A stretch of 64,000 nucleotides of DNA. It comes from Cyanophora paradoxa CCMP329 (lineage: Eukaryota > Plantae > Glaucophyta). Positions 60,129 to 64,000 of the stretch are shown piece after piece; within the stretch, counting starts at the first letter, position 1, and every line of letters starts with the position of its first letter. Location: NCBI GenBank assembly GCA_004431415.1, contig QPMI01000039.1, positions 124,001 to 188,000 of the forward strand, in the 5' to 3' direction. Below the pieces are notes generated by a model, which saw only the letters and a program-made list of their open reading frames with translations, was not told where the DNA came from and made no database searches. The translations under genes were made by a program, and so were the position numbers.

Positions 60129-60646
60129 TCACTGAGGCCGGAGCGACCTGCAGCTGGCGAAGCCAAGCGTGGATATTCCCTGCAGCGGCCTGGGAATATC
60201 CACGCTTTTGAGTATGTGTGTGTGAAGCTCCACGCACCGCGGCCGGAGCGACCGGGCCGCAGGCAGACATGCGCGAGCTCTTGGAGCGCTCTGTGCTGGT
60301 AACAGGTTTAACGTGCACTGGAGGCAGTGATCTACCCTGCGGTGGGTCGGAGGACCCTGTACCCTGGCAGGGGTGGCGGGCCACTGGCGGCCCTGGCGGG
60401 CCACTGGCGGCCCTGTCGGCCCAGTGGCGGCCCACTGGCGGCCCACTGGCAGGCACTGGCGGTCCACTAGCGGAGCCGCTCGCCGCTTGCCTGGGCTTCG
60501 CCTAAACTTGCTCTGCAGCCCGTTAGCAATGCGCTCGATGGCGCGACGCGGGTCCAGCCGCTCCACGCGCCTCCGCTGCCTCTCAGAGCTCCTCGTCGCG
60601 GCGTAGCGATCGCCGCAGCGTTCCCCGTCTCCCCGACACAGCTCGC

Positions 60647-62445
60647 GTCGTCCGCGGTCCCCTCAGCGATGGCTTCCGCAGCACGGACCTGAAGCTCATC
60701 GAGCTGCCGCCAGACGTGCTCGGGGAGCTCAGGGATGGCATGTGCGCTCCGCGAGCGCGCTCACGGCTCGCCCGCTCACCGCCGCCGCGCAGCGTGAGCA
60801 TCCGCGGGTCCGAGGACGAGGAGGCGGTCCTCTGCACGAGCTCGCGCACCTTCCAGCTGCGGCTCGTCGAGTCTTCCAACACCACGCTGCTCTTCCGGCC
60901 GCGTGGCGAGTCGGACGATGCGGTGAGCGGGCCGCGCGCCTCGTCGGCCGCCGGTTGCCGCGGCTTAGCTGCGGCAGGAGAAGAAGGGCGCGGAGGTGAC
61001 GAGCGCGGTCACGGGCCACCTGGAGATAGTGGAGATCGCGCCGCGGACGGAGAAGCTGCGGCGGCTGCTGCTGGAGCGGCCGTACGCCGGCCCGGAGCCC
61101 GACGCGGTGCGGCGGCTGGACGACGGCGCACTGGACGAGGCCGGTGCGTGCGCGGCGCGCGCCTCGGGTCGGCTACGAGCGGCCGACGGGCGGCCGCGTG
61201 CAGCCGAGGAACCGGCGGAGGCGGACGGGGCGGAGGGCGCGGGGGAGGGGCGGCGGGTGCGGAGGCGGACGGGCGAGGGGCGGCCGCAGCGGCGCGGGCT
61301 GTACACGTTCGCGGAGCTGCGCGGGCACGTGCAGGCGAGCGACGAGCAGCTGCGGGCGGCGCTGCGCGAGCTGCACGCGTTCGAAGTGGACGGTGCGGCC
61401 CCCGGCGAGCCCCCGCCCCCGCCCTCCGCGTCCCCAGCGTCCCAGCGGCGGCAGGGTACTGGCGCGTGCTGGACCCGAACGCGCTGCGGGAGGCGATGGA
61501 CCTGCTGCTCCTCACGGCGGTCGAGCGGGCGCGCGGGGGGCCCACCCGCGGGCGCGCGCGTGCGGCGGGGGCGCTGAGGGCGGGGGCAGGACTGGCGGCT
61601 GGACGAGCTGAGCCTGCGGGAGGCGCTGGAGGCGCTGGCCTCGGACGTGGACGCGCTCGTCCTCGAGCACACCGTCCGCTCCCACGCGGCGCCCGTCGAG
61701 GCGCCCGCCGCCGGGTCCGCCCCGCCCCGCCCCGCCCCGCCCGCCCCGCGCGGGCCCGGGCCGGGGCGACGGGGCGGGGCCAGGGAGCGGGCGGGGACCT
61801 CTTCCGCGTGGACCTGGACCGCGTGTGCGTCTTCCGCGCCCGCCAGCTCCTCGCCGCCGGCCCCGTGCGCCCCGCCCGCCCCGCCCGCCCCGCCCCACGT
61901 GGCGTGAGGGGCGGCAGCGGATGCGGCTGGACGACTTCGTGGAGGCGTGGCGCGGCTGCGTGCCCGAGGGCGCCCGCCCCGACCTCGCCCTCCTGCGGGC
62001 CCGCTCCGCCCCCGCCCCGCCCCGCCCCTCCGGCCCCGCCGCCGGGGCTGAGGGGGCGGCAGGGGCTGGCGATCACGGAGGGCGCCGGGCCGGACGCCTT
62101 CGTGCTCCACTACCCCGCCTCGGCCCTCCCCTCGACCCGCCCAGGCCCGCCCCGCCCCGCGCCCGCGCCCCGCGCCCGCGCTGGGCGGACGGGGGCGAGC
62201 GGGGGCGCAGCGGTTCGCGGCGCTCTTCCGGCAGCGGGCGCGCTGGGCGCTGGCGGACCTGGAGCCCTACGTGAGGCGCGCGGGGCGGGGCGGGGCGGGG
62301 CGCGGGGCCGGGGGCTGAGGGGGCGGGCAGGGGGCTGGTGCAGCCGGGGCAGACGCTGGAGCAGCTGCTGCTGAAGCACACGCGCGCGAGCCGCGACCTC
62401 GCGCAGCGCGGCGCCCCCATCTACTACACCGCCCGCGACTACTAG
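60647..62445 (+). pseudogene. DCC1: Dcc1 copy 2 (near-identical duplicate, original ATG region diverged)
   Basis: Colinear with ~55522-57300 including introns; the MAAAVF start is not preserved; ends IYYTARDY*. Confidence 0.65.
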
Positions 62446-62599
62446 GCTAGCCGCCTTCCCTCGCCGGCGGCTTCTTGACGTAGCGCCTTCTATGCATGTG
62501 GCCAGCTCGAGCTCCATGTGTCCCCTCTTTTCTAGTGCTGCTGAATGACTGGCGGCGCTACGCTTTAATTTGTTGACTCTTCTACGACATGTTCACATA

Positions 62600-64000
62600 T
62601 TATTGTCTGAACGTGTTCCCCTGCACGATTGGGGTGCAGCCGTCGAGGACCATCACGCCGCCGCAGGGCGCGAAGGACGGCGCAGAGATGCGCTCGATCG
62701 TGTTTCCTGTGAATGTCCCTTTGCCAGCCTTCCGCACAATTATCGCGCCCTGCTGGTCGTGGACCCTGTGCACGTGGAGGCGGGCTTCAGGGAGAAGCTC
62801 GGGCAGTGCGAAGGAAGGTGTGAAGGGGAACTCGGAAGGGGGTGGGGGGGTGGGGGGGGGGGGGGGGGGGCGGGCGGGGGGCGGGGCAGGGGCAGGGACG
62901 GGGGGGGGGGGGGGGGGGGGGGCTGCCGATGGGAGAGAGGGGGAGCTCGAGGGGAAAGAGGTGTAGAGGAGCTAGCGGTCGCACCTGTTGCCCTTGACTA
63001 CGGGGTCCCCATCATTTTGGACGTAGATGGCCGCGAGCGCGTTGCCGTAGACATCGTTGCCCTCGACTTTGCCCCGCCCGTTATCGAGCACGACGATGCC
63101 GGCCTGCTTGCCGTCGTGGACCTTGTTGCCCCGCACGACGGGGTCCGCGCCGGTCTGGATCTCGATGCCCGCCATCACGTTGCCGTAGACGTCGTTGCCC
63201 TCGACTATGCCCCGCCCGTTCTCCCACACGAAGATGCCGCCCTGCTTGCTGTCGTGGACCTTGTTGCCCCGCACGACGGGGTCCGCGCCTGTCGAGATCT
63301 GGATGCCCGCGAGCGCGTTGCCGTAGACGTCGTTGCCCTCGACCGTGCCCCGTCCGTTCTCGTACGCGAGTATGCCGCCCCGCTTGCCGTCGTGGACCTT
63401 GTTGCCCCGCACGACGGGGTCCGCGCCTGTCGAGATCTGGATGCCCGCCAGCGCGTTGCCGTAGACGTCGTTGCCCTCGACCGTGCCCCGCCCGTTTTCG
63501 GACACCGCGATGCCGCCCCGCTTGCCGTCGTGGACCTTGTTGCCCCGCACGACGGGGTCCGCGCCTGTCGAGATCTGGATGCCCGCCAGCGCGTTGCCGT
63601 AGACGTCGTTGCCCTCGACCGTGCCCCGCCCGTATTCGGACACCGCGATGCCGCCCCGCTTGCCGTCGTGGACCTTGTTGCCCTTCACGACGGAATCCGC
63701 GCCAGTCGCGATCAGGATGCCCACAAACGCATTGCCGTAGACGTCGTTACCCTCCGCGACGCCCTTCGCCGACGTGTAGAAGCAGATGCCCGCCCCGCCA
63801 CAGTCGTGCACCGCGTTCCCTGTGCAATTCAGAGTCAAGGGGGCGGGGGCGAGGGTGGGAAGACGAGGGCGAGGGTGGGAAGCCCACCTCGCAGCGTCGG
63901 GGCCGTCCCCTCGTCATGGACTATGATGCCGCTTATAATTAGGCCCGTGCTGGACACGTCGCAGGCCTCCACGACCGCCCGGCTCCCGCCCATGATCAAC
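62600..64000 (-). CDS. Right-handed beta-helix repeat protein, 5' part beyond the window
   Basis: About six 46-aa units homologous to 58.7-59.6 kb, with matching flanking exons (HDQQGAI...GCTPIVQGN). Confidence 0.8.
62990..63815 (-). repeat. 138-bp coding tandem repeat (~6 units)
   Basis: Near-identical nucleotide units within one exon. Confidence 0.9.

Noticed and set aside
60370-60470. CCACTGGCGG-type short repeats
   Set aside because: Simple GC-rich minisatellite near the duplication junction; no further structure supported.
58740-63815. 138-bp tandem repeats as CRISPR or satellite DNA
   Set aside because: They are in-frame coding repeats of a beta-helix protein.

Overview
The window has two compartments. 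(1) Positions 1 to ~21.2 kb are an AT-richer, intron-less, apparently near-intact endogenous Polinton-like virus (PLV/Maverick type). It is bounded by inverted repeats (1-83 / 21044-21126; the left end runs off the window). It encodes a protein-primed PolB, an rve integrase, a packaging ATPase, a major capsid protein, two divergent penton paralogues, a patatin phospholipase, three HNH-family genes, a 1069-aa fibre-like protein, and three paralogues with a conserved N-terminus and variable C-termini (one C1q-like). It also carries dispersed DNA motifs: a 27-29 bp hairpin repeat (4 copies), AACAAAAATYTCG (5 copies) and ACTTAAAGA upstream of replication-arm genes. (2) From ~21.4 kb to 64 kb is very GC-rich, intron-dense nuclear DNA of a photosynthetic eukaryote. 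A plastid GapA with an MAF- transit peptide suggests a glaucophyte such as Cyanophora (inference). Host genes include NUP188, an RlmL-like methyltransferase, an MBOAT, PUS10, p24, GapA, duplicated DCC1, three beta-helix repeat genes and a CHRD protein. A SOX/MATA-type HMG-box gene sits between two ~520 bp inverted repeats that each contain an intron-bearing tRNA-Ser(GCT), a candidate invertible locus. Host exon boundaries were read by eye and are approximate; family calls rest on recognised motifs, not database searches.
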